Shown here: positions 1-13,432 of the stretch, piece by piece | Numbering within the stretch: the stretch's first letter is position 1 | How the letters are laid out: each line of letters starts with the position of its first letter | Assembly (NCBI GenBank): GCA_951406725.2 | Contig: OX597815.1 | Span: 101,246,001 to 101,310,000, forward strand | DNA: 64,000 nt | From: Octopus vulgaris | Lineage: Eukaryota | Direction of reading: 5' to 3' | Position numbers and translations under genes: made by a program | Notes under the pieces: model-generated | Seen by the model: only the letters and a program-made list of their open reading frames with translations | Told to the model about the DNA's origin: nothing | Database searches by the model: none

Positions 1-78
1 CACGCTAAGTGATATTAGATACTTTTAACTCCAAGTTGAGACGCAAAAGAACAGCAACCCCATTAACAGGATACTTAA

Positions 79-295
79 CCCTTTAGCACTCAAATTATTC
101 TGTCAAATATAATGCTTATTTATTGACATTGTTTTGAATTAATCATGCATCTTGCAGCTTTGAAATTTTCATGGCGTGGTTGCTTATTTTTAGAAGGACA
201 TTGCAGTGTAGGTGTGAGAGGTTGCATCTGGCTGGTTTGAACATAGAACAGGTAGAATATTTGGGTTGGATATGTCTGGTTTGGATGCTTAAGGG
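79..295. mobile_element. piggyBac-like MITE
   Basis: TTAA (75-78) then CCCTTTAGCA ... TGCTTAAGGG then TTGA (296-299): 10-bp TIR with one mismatch and a TTAA-type target site; non-coding interior. Confidence 0.7.
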
Positions 296-629
296 TTGAT
301 GTGCACAATGTATTTGTATATTTCTCCGTTCAAATTCAGCCAAGTTCGGTTCTTTTTGGAATCGGTAAAAAAAAAAAAAACAGCTCAAGTACTGGGATTA
401 GTATAATCGACTATATCCACCCAACAAACCAAATACCTATTACTTAACAAGCAACCGTGACTTGTTAGCGATTATACTACAGAGCACTTGTTATTTCTTC
501 TTGAATTCTCATTAATCCCCTGGCGCGCTCCGAGTGCACAGAGTTCTTCTGAACTCACGTCACATACTTTAGATCTGTGACTTCATTGGAATTTCATTAG
601 TTAGCAGTCTGACATACCGTGTGCTCTTT

Positions 630-860
630 GCTCTTTGCTCTTTTACTTGTTTCAGTCATTTGACTGCGGCCATGCTGGAGCATCGCCTTTAGTCGAGCAA
701 ATCGACCCCAGGACTTATTCTTTGTAAGCCTAGTACTTATTCTATCGGTCTCTTTTGCCGAACCGTTAAGTGACGGGGACATGAACACACCAGCATCGGT
801 TATCAAGCGATGTTGGCGGCGGGGGGGGGGGGGCAAACACAGACACACAAAAACACACAT
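630..860 (-). mobile_element. SINE family 1, 3' half
   Basis: Matches the 3' half of the copies at 22866-23315 and 61818-62258; GTAAAAGAG-type tail on the minus strand. Confidence 0.8.
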
Positions 861-989
861 TAGGCTCTGAATTCAAATCCCGGAGAGGTTCGACATTACT
901 TTTCATCCTCGTGAAATCAATAAGATGCATTTTAGTAATATATTGATTTCTTCCATAGATAAAAGGTTATGATAAAAGGTGTGAATAAT

Positions 990-1182
990 TATTTCTGCTA
1001 ATAGGAGATGATGAAAGTCGATTACATCAATCCCAGTACTTGACTGGTACTTATTTTATCCACCCCGAAATGATGAAAGGTAAAGTCGACCTCAGCAGAA
1101 TCAGAACTCAGAATGCAAAGACGGAAGAAATTCTTTAAAGCATTTTATGCGGTGCTAACAATTCTGCCAGCTCGCCACCTTA
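990..1182 (-). mobile_element. SINE family 2 (diverged)
   Basis: Reverse complement of the AAGGCGGCGAGCTGGCAGAA head and the CCTTTCATCC...AAGTACCAG core seen in the other copies. Confidence 0.75.
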
Positions 1183-1351
1183 CTATGGCTGAATAATAAG
1201 ACGCGATTATTGCGACTGGAATGCTCTTGATCATAGCTGTGCTCAGTCAGGGCTGATATCAGAGCCAACCAACAACAGCCGCATTGAGCGTTCGAATACG
1301 AGCGAGCACATTTACACAAGAACAAATGAGAGACTCTACAGAATCTTTTAG

Positions 1352-1673
1352 AAAGACTCCGCCGGTTACGACGACGAGGGTCCCAGCTGATACGATCAAC
1401 GGAACAGCTTGCTCGTGAAATTAACGTGCAAATGGCTGAGCATTCCACAGACACGTGTACCCTTAACGTAGTTCTCGGGGATAATCAGCGTGACACAGAG
1501 AGTGACAAGGCTGACCCTTTGAAATACAAGTACAACTCATTTTTGCCAGCTGAGTGGACTGGAGCAACGTGAAATAAAGTGTCTTGCTCAAGGACACAAC
1601 GCGTCGCCGGGAATCGAACTCACAACCTTACGATCATGAACCAAATGCCCTAACCACTAAGCCACGCGCCCTC
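1352..1673 (-). mobile_element. SINE family 3 (tRNA head + CORE/V-like domain), tail type A
   Basis: Pol III A/B boxes (TGGCTTAGTGG; GTTCGATTCC), GTGTCCTTGAGCAAGACACTT domain, 12-bp TSD CTACAGAATCTT at 1336-1347 and 1675-1686. Confidence 0.85.
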
Positions 1674-1866
1674 ACTACAGAATCTTAAACTGCTATAAAT
1701 AACTAACACACCGCCACCTCAAATCACTCCGCACCATCAAAAAAATACACAAACATTGAAATAAACATTATATAATGTAGTTCTTTGAAAATGGCTTTGA
1801 CCACAAGTCTCTTGAATAAGAGCAGAGCTGAGACCACCACCACCACCACCACCACAACAATAATAA

Positions 1867-2070
1867 TCCTTTCTACAATAGGCACAATTTGGGGGAGAGG
1901 ATAGTCGATAACATCAAACCCAGTATTTTACCGGTACCTAACTTATCGACCCCGAAAGGATAAAAGGCAGAGTAGACCTCGGTGGAATTTGAACTCAGAA
2001 CATAAAGATGGACGAAACGCCGCTAAGCATTTTGATCGGTGTGCTAACGATTCTGCCAGCTCGCCGTCTT
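1867..2070 (-). mobile_element. SINE family 2
   Basis: Same head and core as the other copies; short tail running into (ATT)n. Confidence 0.75.
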
Positions 2071-2797
2071 ACGACACTACATTAGTAATTTGTTTATTGA
2101 TTCTGAAAGGATGAAAGACGAAACTACTTCAGCGGAATTTCAACTCAGAGCACATGGACCCAGAACAAAATCCATAAGATATTATCATCAAACGCTCTAA
2201 TGATTTTGCCTGTTCATTGCCTTCATTAATATATATAGATATAAAGGAAATGTAATGATTTTGATTATATGAATCACAACAATAGGGCGGGAGGAAAGAC
2301 CCCCTAAGTTGTGTTCTATATTTTAAACACAAATACGGTAGGGATTCACATATGTAATGTAGGGAAATTTGAATTTAGGGCGGATTAACAAAATCAGTAG
2401 AGTAACGGATAAAATGACTTGCAGCATTTAAGTTATATCCCTTTAAGTTCTGAGTTCAAATCTCGCTGCGGTTGACACTGCCTTTCATCCTTGCGAAGTC
2501 GATAAAATAAGTATCAATCAAATACTAAATCGGTGTAATCGAATGTAACCTTTGTTCGCCACCAAAAAATTCATAACCTTTTATCTATGGAAGAAATCAA
2601 TATATTACTAATATGCATCTTATTGATTTCACGAGGATGAAAAGTAATGTCGAACCTCTCCGGGATTTGAATTCAGAGCCTAATCTATATATTACATGCT
2701 GCGGAATCGTCAGAAAATAAAATAAAAATGAATACAGCGGTATAGCTGCCTTTTAAATGTTTATGATGTTAATAATTTTAATATTATATCATATGGA

Positions 2798-3015
2798 AGG
2801 GGACGATCTAGCAGAATCGCTAGCACGCCAGGCAAAACGCTTAATGTTATTTCGTCTGTCTTTATGTTCTGAGTTCAAATTCTGCCGAGGTCGGCTTTAT
2901 CTTTCATCCTTTTGGAGTTGATAGAATAAGTACCAATGGAACACTGGGGGTCGATGTAATCAATTTACTTCCTCCCTGAAATTGCTAGGCTTGTGCCAAA
3001 ATTTGAAACTAATAT
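2798..3015 (+). mobile_element. SINE family 2
   Basis: GCAGAATCGCTAGCACG...GAGTTCAAATTC...CTTTCATCCTTT...TGTGCCAAAATTTGAAAC. Confidence 0.75.
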
Positions 3016-3735
3016 TATTGAATATGGCATTTGGCAATTAACAACGTCCTTGATTTCAGGTTTCCACGGGCCTGTCACTGGTTCACTGCATTTAGGACAG
3101 CGAGGAGTGAAAAGCGTTGTTTGAGTAACTTGGAGGAGGAACAAATATCACGCAAGTTATTCTCACTTAGAAAGCAACCTTTTTCTTTTCTTATTGATAT
3201 TTACATTATCCGCTAACGAACACCAATGAAAGGTAATTCCCACTCACGTACGTACACACACACACATGTACACAAACATACGAACACATACGCGCACATA
3301 CACATACGTATATAAATACATGCATACATACTACAGGTCCCTGAATAAGTTTTTGTCTACCGATTTCCTCTTACAAAGCACTGCTTAACTTGGGAGTTAT
3401 GGTAGAAGACGCTTGTTCAAAGTGCTGCGCAATGAATGCGCATCCGAAACCACGTAGTTGCGAAATTCCTCCTTCAACACTTGATCTCAATTCCATTCAC
3501 TTTCCAGATAGGTAAAACTCTATCTGTCTGTCTGTCTGTCTGTCTGTCTGTTAGGTAAGTAAACGCAATATTCTATTCGTTATAATTGTGTAAAAAGTTC
3601 GCTATGAAATATGCATATTTTTCTGTAGATAGAAATCTATCTAAATGTCTGATTCTAACGTTTTGGGGTTTCACTGTAATTAGAAATAAAGAAAAAATAT
3701 ATGCGTACCACCACACCATCAGCAGAAAAATTTCG

Positions 3736-3814
<79 letters not shown>

Positions 3815-3934
3815 TACATTTTAAAAATGCTTTAATTAAAACTTCATTATATTGCAAGTTTTATTCACTTATTACATACTTACACAACTTTTTGAAGTAG
3901 CTACGCCCCGTCATCAGTAACGTTGTTCTAAATA

Positions 3935-5068
3935 TTGGTTTGAATTTTTGACACAAGGCCAGCAGTTTTGGGGGCGGAGCCAAGTCGATTAAATCGACCC
4001 CCAGAATTTGAACGGCATAATTTGAACTCAGAACATAAGGACGGACGAAATGCCGCTAAACATTTTGCTCGGCTAACGATTCTGCTTGCTCACCGCCTTA
4101 CCGGTGTTGCTCTAAATATTAGACTCTGTATTTTTTAGGAGAAGTTCAAATCAATGTGAGTGATGCATTAGCTTAGTAACTGATAAATATTTCCATAATT
4201 ATCTCTATGATAAAGACTACTAGCTGGCAAAATCGTTACCGCGTCGAACAAAATACTTAGCGGCAGTTCTTCCGGCTCTTTACTTTCTGAGTTCAAATGC
4301 TGCTGAGGAGTGTCTATTTAGCATAGGGGACGATGCAATCGACTAGAACCTTCCCCCAAATTTCGGGCCTTGTACCTATAGAAAAAGAATTATTTCTATG
4401 ATAAAAGCGGCAAACAAGCAGAATCTTTAGTGTGCGTCGGACATACGTTCTGAGTTTAAATTCTGCTGTGGTCGAATTTGCCTTTCATCCTTTCGAAGAC
4501 ATCAAAAATAAGTGTCAGTACTAGATCGATGTAATCGACTTTCTCCTCCCTTCGAAATTGCTGCCTTGTGCTAAAATTAGAAAGGATTATTATTATTTCT
4601 ATGATAGAATCTCCGCCAGTTTCGACGATGCCCATTCAGTTGTTCGACCAACAGGAATCGAGCTGGCAGAAACGTTAGTGCGCCGGACGAAATGCGTAGC
4701 CGTATTTCGTCTGCCGTTACTTTCTGAGTTCAAATTCCACCGAGGTCGACTTTGCCTTTCATCCTTTCGGGGTCGATAAATAAAGTACCAGTTACGCACT
4801 GGAGTCGATCTAATCGACTTAATCCGTTTGTCTGTCCTTGTTTGTCCCTTCTGTGTTTAGCCCCTAGTGGGTAGTAAAGAAATAGGTATTTCGTCTGTCG
4901 TTACGTTCTGAGTTCAAATTCCGCCGAGGTAGACTTTGCCTTTCATCCTTTCGGGGTTGATAAATAAAGTACCAGTTTCGCACTGGGGTCGATGTAATCG
5001 ACTTGATCCCTTTGTCTGTCCTTGTTTGTCCCCTCTATGTTTAGCCCCTTGTGGGTAGTAAAGAAATA
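3935..5068. mobile_element. Cluster of SINE family 2 copies (3935-4099 minus; about 4220-4390, 4405-4590 and a head-to-tail dimer 4658-5068 plus)
   Basis: Repeated GTTCTGAGTTCAAATTCC B-box and GCCTTTCATCCTTTCGGGGTCGATAAA core; the second unit of the dimer begins mid-head at about 4886. Confidence 0.8.
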
Positions 5069-6282
5069 TAAATTAATGTGTAATTGGATGAATATCCCAC
5101 TATCCTGTGTACCTTACCGTTATTTTCAGGTCGTGTGATTATGATACAATATATGACAATGCTGGACCTTTGAATCACATGTAAAGTCCATTCAAGAGAC
5201 TCCCTAATTTTATTTGCAAGGCTTAGGGTGACTCAAAGCTATGATAAACGACACTACTCAAAATGTTACGTAGTGTAAGCGAACACAGAACTACGTCCAA
5301 TAATATCTATACAAATAGAGCGTGGAAAGCTGAATGTAGTCTGCACATTCAGGTTTATACAAAAATACCTCGTTGCATATATTTTCGTCCTTTTCATTTC
5401 TGGGTCAAATTCTGTCGACATTAGTTTTGTGTTCAATCTCTTCGGGATCGATATAATTGACTGTAAATGCATGGTCTTGTATCCATGAAGTTGGTGACGA
5501 TGGTCAAACAGCAAAGACTACTATCAATTTGGCCACTTTATCAAGATCCAGAACCTCTGTGCCCACAACTTCGAGTACTGGGTGATCGGAAAACTTGATC
5601 GCAGGCGACAAAGACAACGTAAGGTGTAGCATCAAAGACTAGACGAAGAGGACCCCGACAGAGTCTACGACGACAACACGAAATAGTAAAAATTGGCGAG
5701 GAGTAAGATGTTGTGGTTCAGACCTACGATCCTCAACCATGAAGTTGGGAATATTCGATCGTTCGTTCATTCCTTCTTTCCTTTGTTCTTCCTTCCTTCC
5801 TGCAATCATTCTTCCATTCATACACCTCTGAGAGAATTCACTATTACTTCTATATAATACCGGTGAGCATATTAGAAATTATTATTGCTTCTATATAACA
5901 ACCTGCACTATGCTGTGTTAAGTAATTTCTCTTGTATAACTATTTGTATATTGATGATATTAAAAGGGAATTCGTCTCTCAGATAAACCCAATAATGACT
6001 AGCTGACATTTTTGTCATACATCATTGAATACTAACTATCAGCTTGTTGGTAAACGCCATTTTAGATTAGATATCTTTGATGCTTAGCGGTTACATGTTG
6101 CAATATTTGTTGAAGTGGATTTTAGGAAAGAAAAAGGTTTGGTTAAGAGATTCAGTGGGGAACCATATGGCCTTAGGTTCCATCCCACCGAATAGCACTC
6201 CTACTGTAGTATTTGGGCCAAAAGTGACTTGTAAATGGAATTTGGTAGGCAGAAATTGTACAGCAACCCGTGGCATACATGC

Positions 6283-6311
<29 letters not shown>

Positions 6312-6314
<3 letters not shown>

Positions 6315-6785
6315 GATGGCCGTCCACTCGTGATCGAGGAAGACCATTGCTGATCTTCAGGAACATTATGCGCTCTCGGACTAACTTATATTTTGCATTC
6401 GCGGCTCCGTTGGTGGCTAATGAGCCCTGCTCTTGACAAGCATACACGACTGTAAACATTGTAGACCAAGCTTTCCCCATTCACTATACCGGCAGTGCGC
6501 TTTCGAACAGTATTCTTAAGTTCTTCATGCAGAATACGTGCTCTCTCAAAAGTGTCAACCCCCTCCTTAACCTGCTTTCTCCATCTGTGACGATGACAGG
6601 CATTGTTTTCCCAGTCAGTCTCCTGCATATCACAGGCCTTTAACGAGGACTTGACACAGTCCTTAAATCGCAACCTTGTTTTCTGCCGGGGTCTCTTTGC
6701 ATTCACAAGTTCCCCATATAGCATCTGCTTAGGGATCTTGCTATCCTTTATTCTAATAAGGTGTCCGGTCCAACGTAACCGGTGT
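6312..6785 (-). mobile_element. RTE-clade LINE 3' fragment nested in the internal microsatellite of an old SINE family 1 copy (about 6120-7215)
   Basis: ORF 6386-6823: RLRWTGHLIRI..IPKQMLYGEL..R..LRFKD and C-terminal C..C.SRAGLISH.R, typical of the RTE ORF C-terminus; flanked by (TACA)n; degenerate SINE1 head before and tail after. Confidence 0.8.
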
Positions 6786-6893
6786 TTACAAACATACATA
6801 CATACACGTACGCACGTATTCATTTATTCATGTATATTTATTTGTCTATATATCAATCTATTTGTTTGTCTAGTTATTTATCAACATATGCGG

Positions 6894-6995
<102 letters not shown>

Positions 6996-7341
6996 TGTGT
7001 GTTTATGTTTGTCTAAAGAACAGAAAAACAGTACATCTACGTTGTAGCATTCTTTGACATTCTTTGTCAAAAATAACTCAGCCTACTGATATAAAGAAAT
7101 AGATAAAATAAGTGCCATTTTGGAATAATTCCTAGAATTAATATGTCCAATTAAAATCTTTTGATGATAGTGCCACAGCATGGCCACAATCCAACAAATG
7201 GAAGCAGTAAAAGAGCAACTGGAAGTTGTTTTAGCTCTTAAACTTCATTTCATACATGGTAGTAGTATTCATGGAAGTAGCCCCAGTGGCAAAGCAGTAT
7301 TAAAGTGAAATTATTGAGGAAGTAAATTTAAAACTTGTTAT

Positions 7342-7454
<113 letters not shown>

Positions 7455-7459
7455 TTATA

Positions 7460-8025
7460 CCCAGGCTTATTCCACATTTTTTTAGAAGGGGCAGCCACAA
7501 GACACACATCAGACATTCCATTCATTTCCCAGCTGAAAGGGCGAGACCCGTTCTCTGCTCGAGTCAAGGCATAGAACGCAACCCCCAATATCAGCAGCTG
7601 AGCCCGACAGCATATGCTGGTTTACCCCAACCGCATCATGCTGATTCCGTACCCCTTTGAGTAACATCAAAATTCACTCATCCGTCCACAAACACTCTCC
7701 AAGCTTTCCTATCATTTATAAACTCGCCTGCCTCTCTCACTCCAACACCTCTAACCACCAAAGCTTTCCTCACTCCATCCAACCACACAAACCGAAGTCT
7801 ACCTCTGGTTCTGCTGCCTACCACTTCAGTCTTCATCACCCGCCTTACCATCGGCTCCTCATCCATCCTCTCTATGTGGCCAAACTACCTCAACATTCAT
7901 CTATCCCATTTGGTTGTTAGTTTTTCTCTCATTTCTGCTCGTCTTTGCACCCCCTCATTCCTCATCCTGTCCATCCGTGTCACACCAACCATAACTCTCA
8001 GACATCTCATCTGAAATACAATTAA
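7460..8025 (-). mobile_element. RTE-X/RTE-like LINE 3' fragment
   Basis: GVTRMDRMRNE-like segment plus ORF 7678-7866 (V.GSRTRGRLRFVWLDGV....DRKAWR); 3' end runs into (ATAG)n. Confidence 0.7.
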
Positions 8026-8035
8026 TTTTAAAATA

Positions 8036-8343
8036 CAGATACAACACCGACTTTCCAGACACTGGTCCTGAACCTCTTATAATCCGCACTAATTTATGAG
8101 CAGGAACTTCAAATTCCAGCAGCCACAAGACTAGTTTACTGCGGCCTTGCACTGTACAGTATTAATAAACCTATTTCAATTATACTAATGTACAGGTACC
8201 TGTATTTCATTTAGTTGCTTAAGTAAATTAAATATTTGTTGAAGTTAGTGTGTTGACCGACGTGATCAACTCTGGTTCGGAAAAATCAGTAACTCTGGAA
8301 AGGCTTTCGAAGTAAAGGTTCCAGAAATTTGATATTGAACCTG
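8036..8343. mobile_element. Possible Tigger/pogo-like MITE
   Basis: TA|CAGATACAACACCGACTTTCC ... AGAAATTTGATATTGAACCTG|TA: imperfect TIRs with TA flanks. Confidence 0.4.
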
Positions 8344-8395
8344 TATAAATGTTAGAATTTCATTAATCTTTTTGTTATTGTTTGGGGCGTGGTGA

Positions 8396-8717
8396 AGGTA
8401 CATGGTTCACTGGTTAGAGCGTCGGGCTTACAATCACGAGGTTGTGAGTTCGATTCATTGACTGGCTGTGTGTTGTTTTTTTTGAGCAAGACACTTTATT
8501 TCATGTTGCTCCAGTTCACTTAGCTCCATAAATGAGCTGCTACGTCACTGGTGCCAAGTCTTTGTCTTCCCTTTGGAAAACATCGGTGGCGTGGTGAGGG
8601 GAGGCTGGTATGCATGGGCAACTACTGGTCTTCCATAAACAATCTTGCTCGGCTTTGTGCCTCGGAGAGGAATTTTCTAGGTGCAATCCCATGGTCATCG
8701 ATGACTGAAGGGGGCCT
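8396..8717 (+). mobile_element. SINE family 3, tail type B
   Basis: Colinear with the copy at 29308-29640. Confidence 0.8.
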
Positions 8718-10077
8718 TTAGCCTGTTTGGGGTGTGTAGTGGAACCGAATCTACAACTTGCTTCTCAATTTTTGTTCCAATTCCGCCGCGGTTGGCTTGC
8801 CTTTCATCCTTTCGGGGTCGATAAAATAAGTACCAGTTGAGTACTGGGGTCTTTGTAATCGACTTACACCCGCTCCCAAAGCTATTATTGTCAGTAGATC
8901 GAATTTTCAAACGGCACAAATTACAAAAATTCGGATACAGGTTATTGTTTTTCAAATAAATCTAGAAAAGTTTTGTAGCAAGACAGTGTCACAATTTTGC
9001 TTAGTTATTCCATCTATTATTTCAACACACTCACGCATTAATGAAACTCACTGCACATACAACAAACTAATTAAATATATGCGAGTATAAATTCTACCAA
9101 GAGGATTCGATGAAATCCTAAGCTATACAAACAAAAGAACTAAATTAATAAAAATTGGACACAACACTCCAATACCGCATGGAGAAGAAATACAAAAAAA
9201 TAATCAGACAACTAAAAAAAAAAGAAAGAAAAAAAGTAAAATAACGAAAATAATGTCTCAGTGGCAAAAAATCGATTTGTAAAAATACATCTGTGGTCAC
9301 ACCACACAACAAGACATCACCGGAAACGATTTGCTGGAATTAACTATGGAAATCATACAAAAAGCGAAATCACAAAACAACATAAAGGCTTTTCCTATTT
9401 AGATCATAGACAAACGATATTTCTTCCAATGCACACAAGGGAAACATTTTAAGTAATGAGAACAGGCACTACATCATAAGTTCAGCTTTAAAAAAGTGAG
9501 TCATATTTTACGACAGTAAAATGTATTCTATTCATTCAAACATTACCAGATTCAAGATATGACAACAAGCAAGGAATAGAATAATTAAGAACCTAATTTT
9601 ATTGGTTTATATATGCACTACGTTTCAGCAGTAGGTTATAGAAGCACTTTCAATGAATGGAGTACGCAAGTTGTTTTGGCTCTTGACTGATATATTTTCT
9701 GTGGTTTCTACTTCCTCCTGGAAAAACTTCGTTCTCCAGCATTCTACAATCAGGGCCTATAGGAGTAGGAGTTCAACCTATACATCTATCTGGAGCCTGG
9801 AGAATCAAGCATAGGTCTGTAACTATCTCCCTAAAAGAAAAAAAAGAAAAACATTTTAATTCTGAGAGGAGCACTCTTCCATTATCCGAAAGCAGTCTTG
9901 TTTTGCCTCGCCAAATTTCTCTCGGAGACCATAGCTAAAATTAACTATCATACCGACATACTAGTTCCTCTCTATGTCTGTTCTATGTCTACTTAAATAA
10001 TTCACATTGTTTCGAACTAATAAGCTGAGTAAGTTATACTTGTATCTCCTTCCGCCCTTCCTAATGTAATCTCGTCT

Positions 10078-10255
10078 CTGGCAGAATCGTTAGCACGTGG
10101 CGAGCTGGCAGAATCGTTAGCACGCCGGGCGAAATGCGTAGCCGTAATTCGTCTGCCGTTACGTTCTGAGTTCAAATTCCGCCGAAGTCAACTTTACCTT
10201 TCATCCTTTCGGGGTCGATAAATTAAGTACCAGCTACGCACTGGGGTCGATATAT
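10078..10255 (+). mobile_element. SINE family 2, 3'-truncated, with a duplicated 5' 20-mer
   Basis: CTGGCAGAATCGTTAGCACG occurs twice at the 5' end; the copy is fused to the adjacent LINE fragment at GATATA/TATTGCAC. Confidence 0.8.
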
Positions 10256-11358
10256 TGCACTCTATTTATTCCATGTACTTCTTAAGATTTCACTCACTGT
10301 TTCCAGGGCTCCGACAATTATTGGTACTACTACCTCCTTTTTCATCGACCGCAACTGCTTAACATCCCAAGCTAACCTGTTATATCTATCGACTTTTCTT
10401 TCTTCCTTATCACATACCTTATCAGCTGGGCATGCTATATTTATGATCTAGCATAGTCTGCTTCCTTTCTCAAGACTATGTCTGGCTGCCTTTTCTCAAT
10501 CTCATGGTTGCACTGAATCGTAAAATCCCACAGGATCTTTGCATTTTTATTTTCGATAATGCCTTCGGTTTTGTGGTCGTACCAATTGTCTGCTTTGTCA
10601 AGTCCATACTTGTTGCAAAGTGTCTAATGGACAAGCCTTTCTATATTGTCGTGGCGTCTATTATATTCCTTCTGGGCTAGTGGTATGCATTGGCTGGTAA
10701 TATGCAATACTGTTTCACCATTTTGTCCACAGATTCTGCACTTATCACTTTCTGATGTGTTGTCTATTCTGTATTTTATATAGTTTGTTCTTAATGCTTG
10801 CTCTTGGGCAGCACAGATTAGAGCCTCCGTTTCCGGTTTTAAATAAATTTTAGTCATCCACAGCCATCTTTTTTCTCTGTCTGTCTTATCTTCAACACCC
10901 CTATGAAATTGTCCATGCATTCTTTTCTTAATCCACCTATTTTCAGTTTCATTTGTTTTCAATTGCTTGTACAGTTCTTTATCTTTACAATCTTTCATCC
11001 TACACTGGCCTAACCTTCTTACTTCTAATAATTGCGGTTCTATCGCCTTTTTTACATACCATGCTACGTTGTTTTCTTCTGCTCTAATGCTGTGTTCGCA
11101 TCCAATAAGTCCTCTTCCCGCTCTTTTCCTTGGTAAATACAGTCTGTCCGTGCCACATTTTGGGTGGAGTGTCCTATATCTAGTCAGCAAATTTCTTGTC
11201 TTTCTGTCTAAGCTGCTTAGTTAGTCTACTGTCTAGGCGATTACCCCTGATCCATATCTAAGGAGTGAAACCGCCCAGGTGTTGATAGCTTCAATCTTAT
11301 TCCGTCCGTTTAATTTCGACTTAAGGATCAGTCTCAGTCTGCGCAACTACTCCGCCTT
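10256..11358 (-). mobile_element. R4/Dong-clade non-LTR retrotransposon fragment (subfamily A), decayed
   Basis: ORF 10624-11190: HPK...RLYLPRK..GRGL, AAQEQAL.T, CRIC....ETV.HI.S.C knuckle, RHD; downstream ILWDF, QPDIV, PIIVGAL in broken frames. Confidence 0.9.
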
Positions 11359-11400
<42 letters not shown>

Positions 11401-11449
11401 CTTCTTCTTCTTCTTCTTCTTCTTCTTCTTCTTCTTCCTTTTTTTCTTC

Positions 11450-12489
11450 TTTCAAATTTGCTTCCATTTCTTGCCGAGTGTCTTCCCGACTCCTAGGGCA
11501 AAGAAACTCATAGTATACATTGGTAGGCCATTAAACCAAACTCAGTAGTTCGTTAATTTTTTTTTTTTTTTTTAAAGTTAAATTAAAATACATGAGCAGC
11601 AACAGTTCTCACATCGACAGTGCTCTTCTCAATACGTGTGATGTACCAGTTAAGACAATCTTTTGCACTTCTTGCAGGGATGGTAAGCCAGGGATCATTC
11701 TCATATAATTTTCGGTTCCCTTCTTGATCATTCCTAGTGCTCCTACGATCACTGGTATTGTAACCGCCTTGAGATGCCACATTTTCTCAATTTCAATGAG
11801 TAGGTCTTTATATTTTCTGAGCTTGTCAAACTCTTTCGCCGAGATATTATGATCACAGGGGATGCTCATGTCGATCAATAAGCAAACTTTATTGTTTTGG
11901 TCTTTCACAACAATATCTGGTTTATTGGCCTTGATGGTTCGGTCTGTATGTACTGGAAAGTCCCACAGAATGGTTACATTTTCTCCTTCAGTTACAGCCT
12001 CAAGGTGGTGATTATACCACTTGTCGGTAGTTTTGATATTGTAATGCCGACTTATTAGCCAGTGGAGATATTGGCCAACTCTGTCATGTCTTAATTTATA
12101 CTCCACTGGTGCTAAGACTTTACATCCAGAGATTAGGTGGTCCACTGTTTCAATCATGTCGTTGCAGAATCGGCATTTTGGGTCTGCTCCATTTTTCATC
12201 ACATTGGCCTGGTAGTTCCGGGTTAATAGGCTTTGATCTTGAGCAGCCAGGATGAAACCTTCGCTCTCTGCTTTTAGCCCTGAGCTCCGTAGCCACTGAT
12301 GGGTTTGCTTCTGGTCAACATCAGCTTGTTTGCTGCGGGTCACATATTTGCCGTGCAGAGGTATCTCCTCCCACCTATCAGCCAATTGCTCGTGCGCTTT
12401 TTTCATTGTCATCATTTTCACCTTCTTTGCAACAATAGTTGCCGTACTTCCCTCGGGTTGTTCAGTTTGGGTATCCTGCACGAGATCAA

Positions 12490-12490
<1 letters not shown>
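11450..12490 (-). mobile_element. R4/Dong-clade 3' fragment (subfamily B) with an open 290-aa CCHC + restriction-like endonuclease frame
   Basis: ORF 11609-12481: CRFC..ETVDHLISGC, RHD, KPDIV..D, LIDMSIP, E..K..KY, PVIVGALG; 5' end abuts (AAT)n and 3' UTR ends in (AAG/AAC)n. Confidence 0.93.
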
Positions 12491-12549
<59 letters not shown>

Positions 12550-12551
<2 letters not shown>

Positions 12552-13365
12552 CTTTACGTACAACAGATTAGACTGTTGGGGAAGAAAATTCCATACATCA
12601 GGCTACAAGTAAACTTAGATGTCAAGAACCCTCCTAAGAATCCTATCTGTCCTTAATAACAAAGTTTTCTAGAGCTGTACTAAACTGGGTTTTATGCCTG
12701 TTTCTTCTATCCATCTGTTCAAATCTTTAGGGACAGTTCATAATGCACCTATAACTACTGGGACACATTTTACCTGCACTTTCTATCGTGTTCGTAATTC
12801 AATGGATAGGTCCTGATACTTTATTTTCTCTAAACCTCTCATATTGATGTACTCATCATTTAGGACAGTGAAATCAATTATCTGGCACCTTCCATTATCT
12901 TTATCTCTTATTGCTAAATCAGGCCTTCTAGCTTCTATTACTCTGTCAGTCTGGTGTTACTTGGTCAACATTTAAGAAGGTGTTGAGTTGTGCAGCTATT
13001 CGTGCATGACATTCACCAAATCTTTTGCTCCAGTAACCTTGAACTCCATTTGGTCCCGGGGCCTCTCAATTTCCCATTTTTTTTGTTGAATTCCTTCACT
13101 TCCCTAACTGAAATTACTAGTTATGCCTTTTTTGGACAAACTACTGTTTGTGTCAGTTCTTGCAACCATTCAGCATCCTTCTTGTGTTCCTTGTCTTTGC
13201 TCCAGACGCCACTCTAAAACTTTTGACTTTCAATGTTATCTGGTATCAACTTTCCATCTGTACACTCTCCATTTATTTCTTAGTAGAATCTCTTCTGATT
13301 TACTCTGAATAACCTATTCTGCTAGTATCTCTTCATTCTTTGGTCGTATCTTAACATCTTTGCTT
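12550..13365 (-). mobile_element. R4/Dong-clade 3' fragment (subfamily C), decayed
   Basis: Minus-strand translation gives QTDRVIEARRPDL and VKCVPVVIGAL; bounded by (TAA)n/(TGA)n tracts. Confidence 0.75.
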
Positions 13366-13375
13366 CATCATCATC

Positions 13376-13427
<52 letters not shown>

Positions 13428-13432
<5 letters not shown>

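Noticed and set aside
4558-4799. Recurring peptides such as WYLIYRPRKDERQSRPR and SEFKFRRGRLCLSSF
   Set aside because: Chance frames through SINE family 2 copies.
9610-9730. Minus-strand GAAACGUAGU with an upstream AGUAG/CUACU stem
   Set aside because: No intact CUGANGA, NUH triplet or stem I.
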